Source: Lachnospiraceae bacterium (GTDB lineage: Bacteria; Bacillota; Clostridia; Lachnospirales; Lachnospiraceae). From it: a stretch of DNA of 64,000 bases. Within the stretch, counting starts at the first letter, position 1, and every line of letters starts with the position of its first letter. The notes under the pieces are model-generated. The model was not told the origin of the DNA. It saw nothing but the letters and a program-made list of their open reading frames with translations, and ran no database searches. The translations under genes and the position numbers were made by a program. Shown here one piece after another: positions 61,311 to 64,000 of the stretch. The DNA is taken from NCBI GenBank assembly GCA_017623295.1, contig JAGAPK010000047.1, positions 23,456-87,455 on the forward strand, read 5' to 3'.

Positions 61311-63548
61311 TTATACACGTACTTTCACACCTTTGCTGTCTCTACTGCCTAATTTCAGTTTATTAAGTTCTATTACTTTTCCCTTATATTCAACAGATTG
61401 TTCATCCGTATTACGGGTAAAATATACATTCTCCAGATAGTCATTTGCGCCAAGCTTCATACCGCGCACACCAACTGCGCCCTTCTTTTTCTCCGGAATT
61501 TCTTCCACTGTAAAGCGCAGGAAATATCCTTCTTTGGACTGCAATATGATATTGCGCTGTTCTTTTAATGTTACAACACTTATAACTTCATCGCCATCCT
61601 GCAATTTGGTTGCGGCTACCGTCCGCTTCGCTACATCAAACTCACCGCCATCAACCACTTTCAGCATCGCACTCTTAGTCGCAAAAATAACACGGTATAA
61701 ATTCAAATCCGTCTGACTTGCCACAAATACAATCGCTTCTCTGGCAGAATCGTAATTACTGATATTATCTACCGGAACACCCTTATCACGGAATTTTCCA
61801 AATGGTATATCTAATACTTTAATAGTATGAAGTTGTCCCATATTAGTAAACAGGCATACTTTTCCGGTATTTTTACATTGGAATACATATTTATTTTCTG
61901 CAAAAGCTGCATCTTTATTACGTTCAAAAGTCTGTAAGTCAATTGTTTTCGCATAACCGAAACGATCCATTAAGAAAACAATATCCATTTCTTCCATTTT
62001 CTTCTCTACATAAACCGCTTCTTCCGCATTGGTAATCTCTGTTCTTCTGGCTCTGCCGTAGGCCTCTTTGATTTCATCCAATTCATTGATGATAACCTGT
62101 GCCATAGAATCTCTCCTTGCCAGAATGTCTTCATAGCGGTAAATATTCGCCATCGTTTCTTCATGGTCGTTAATCAAAGCCTCAATTTCCAGACCAATCA
62201 ATTTATACAAACGCATATCCAGAATCGCATTTGCCTGTTTTTCTGAAAACATAAGCTGTGTTGCCATGATTTTAGATTCTTTGGTCTTAAATTTAATGCC
62301 GTCAATTTTACCTTCCACCAGACAGGCTTTCGCCATATTTCTGTCTTTGGAACCACGTAGAATTTCAATAATTAAATCAATGACATTACATGCCTTGATA
62401 AGACCTTCCTGAATCTCCTTTTTCTCCAGTTCCTTCGCCAACAGATTCTTATACTTTCTGGTAGTCACTTCAAACTGGAAATCCACATTTGCCTTAATAA
62501 TCTGCTTTAAGCCCATAGTTTCCGGTCTGCCGTCAGCAATCGCCAACATGTTGACACCGAAAGTATCTTCCAGTCGCGTTTTCTTGTAGAGCATATTTTT
62601 GAAATTCTCTACGTCAGCATCTTTTCGAAGTTCAATGACAATACGAATTCCTTCTTTCGAAGACTGGTTCGTAATATCTACAATATCCTGTGTTTTCTTT
62701 GTTTCAGCAAGAGCAGCCACATCCATGAGGAACTTACCGATATTGGCACCAATCATGGTAAACGGAATCTCCGTAATTACCAGATTTACTTTACCGCCCT
62801 TCGCTTTTTCGATTTCTACTTTACCGCGAATTTTTACTTTGCCGGTTCCTGTTTCATAGATATCCAGCAGTTCATCCTGATTGATAACAATACCACCGGT
62901 CGGGAAATCAGGACCTTTCACATAGCGCATCAATTCTCGTGTGGTAATATTTTCATCCTTCATATAGGCTTTGGTCGCGTTGATAACTTCCACAAGGTTA
63001 TGCGGCGGAATATTGGTTGCCATACCAACCGCAATACCTTCGGAACCGTTAATCAGAAGATTCGGAATTTTTACCGGAAGAACGCTTGGTTCTTTCTCTG
63101 TTTCATCAAAGTTTGGAAGAAAATCGACAACATCCTTATCCAAATCGGCAAGAAAAGCTTCCTGTGTTATTTTCTCAAGTCTTGCTTCCGTATAACGCAT
63201 TGCAGCAGCACCGTCACCTTCGATATTACCGAAGTTACCATGTCCGTCAATCAGTGGAAGTCCTTTTTTGAAATCCTGTGTCATAACAACCAGTGCTTCA
63301 TAAATGGAACTGTCGCCATGTGGATGATATTTACCCATCGTATCACCTACGATACGTGCCGATTTACGATATGGTCTATCATAACGGATACCAAGCTCAT
63401 ACATATCATATAAAGTTCTTCGCTGTACCGGTTTGAGTCCGTCACGAACATCTGGTAATGCTCTGGCAATAATAACGCTCATTGCATAATCGATATAAGA
63501 TTTCTGCATTACCTCGGAGTATTCCGTTTTTATAATTCTATCGTTCAT
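61311..63548 (-). CDS. parC: type IIA topoisomerase subunit A (ParC-like second paralog)
   Basis: YAMSVI..RALPDVRDGLKP, HPHGDSS, AAMRYTE; shortened C-terminal domain. Confidence 0.8.
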   Translation of the reverse strand: MNDRIIKTEYSEVMQKSYIDYAMSVIIARALPDVRDGLKPVQRRTLYDMYELGIRYDRPYRKSARIVGDTMGKYHPHGDSSIYEALVVMTQDFKKGLPLIDGHGNFGNIEGDGAAAMRYTEARLEKITQEAFLADLDKDVVDFLPNFDETEKEPSVLPVKIPNLLINGSEGIAVGMATNIPPHNLVEVINATKAYMKDENITTRELMRYVKGPDFPTGGIVINQDELLDIYETGTGKVKIRGKVEIEKAKGGKVNLVITEIPFTMIGANIGKFLMDVAALAETKKTQDIVDITNQSSKEGIRIVIELRKDADVENFKNMLYKKTRLEDTFGVNMLAIADGRPETMGLKQIIKANVDFQFEVTTRKYKNLLAKELEKKEIQEGLIKACNVIDLIIEILRGSKDRNMAKACLVEGKIDGIKFKTKESKIMATQLMFSEKQANAILDMRLYKLIGLEIEALINDHEETMANIYRYEDILARRDSMAQVIINELDEIKEAYGRARRTEITNAEEAVYVEKKMEEMDIVFLMDRFGYAKTIDLQTFERNKDAAFAENKYVFQCKNTGKVCLFTNMGQLHTIKVLDIPFGKFRDKGVPVDNISNYDSAREAIVFVASQTDLNLYRVIFATKSAMLKVVDGGEFDVAKRTVAATKLQDGDEVISVVTLKEQRNIILQSKEGYFLRFTVEEIPEKKKGAVGVRGMKLGANDYLENVYFTRNTDEQSVEYKGKVIELNKLKLGSRDSKGVKVRV

Positions 63549-63622
63549 ATAATTTTACACTACCTTTGCTTGTAGAACTATTCGTCGTTCACTATAATTC
63601 TTTATTCTGTATACCAGTCTGT

Positions 63623-64000
63623 CTAAATATCCAGTTCTGCATCCTGTGCATGGTTATAAATAAACTCTTTACGAGGTGGTACTTCTGTTCCCATTAACAT
63701 TTCGGTCACTTCCGAAGCCATTCTGGCATCTTCAATCTCAACCAGTTTCAAAAGTCTGGTATCCGGATCAAGTGTCGTTTCCCAAAGCTGCTGTGCATCC
63801 ATTTCACCAAGACCTTTGTAACGTTGCAAGGTAAAAGGTCCTTTGTGTGTTTTACGATACTTCTCTAATGCTTTATCATCATAGAGGTATTCTTCTTTTC
63901 CCTTGGATGGCATTGCTTTATAGAGAGGCGGCATCGCAATGTATACATGTCCCTCATAAATCAGTTCCGGCATAAAACGATAAAATAATGTCAGAAGCAA
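63623..64000 (-). CDS. parE: type IIA topoisomerase subunit B, C-terminal part (truncated by window edge)
   Basis: PPLY, QRYKGLGEM, LWETT, LMG..V.PRKEFI. Confidence 0.8.
   Translation of the reverse strand: MLLTLFYRFMPELIYEGHVYIAMPPLYKAMPSKGKEEYLYDDKALEKYRKTHKGPFTLQRYKGLGEMDAQQLWETTLDPDTRLLKLVEIEDARMASEVTEMLMGTEVPPRKEFIYNHAQDAELDI

Overview
A 64-kb chromosomal segment of a low-GC Firmicute, most consistent with Lachnospiraceae (inferred from gene content and order). It is almost entirely core genome. Plus-strand operons (mutS-mutL-miaA, radC-mreBCD-pbp2-minCDE-rodA-mgsA-dac, yggS-sepF, aroB-lspA-rluD, cstA) run to about 31-33 kb. Minus-strand operons follow (second type II topoisomerase, rsmD-coaD, his, radical SAM pair-rng-rplU-prp-rpmA-obgE-yhbY-nadD-yqeK-rsfS). 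The head-to-head convergence near a lone XerS-like recombinase and the yneA/lexA locus suggests the replication terminus. The only clearly accessory DNA is an AT-rich islet of about 2.3 kb (40.07-42.38 kb) between rng and the TIGR03936-like gene. It holds (i) an Rpn-like nuclease remnant that kept only its C-terminal internally translated mini-ORF, (ii) a stand-alone MuF-C/BECR-like putative RNase whose last 18 codons are overlapped in antisense by a predicted ~70-nt structured RNA with its own sigma-A promoter and U-tail terminator, and (iii) a surface protein split by a frameshift in a G6 tract. Item (ii) is the best candidate for an undescribed system, possibly an RNA-antitoxin module. No rRNA, tRNA, CRISPR array, IS or prophage was seen. 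All family calls come from motif recognition by eye, not database searches.
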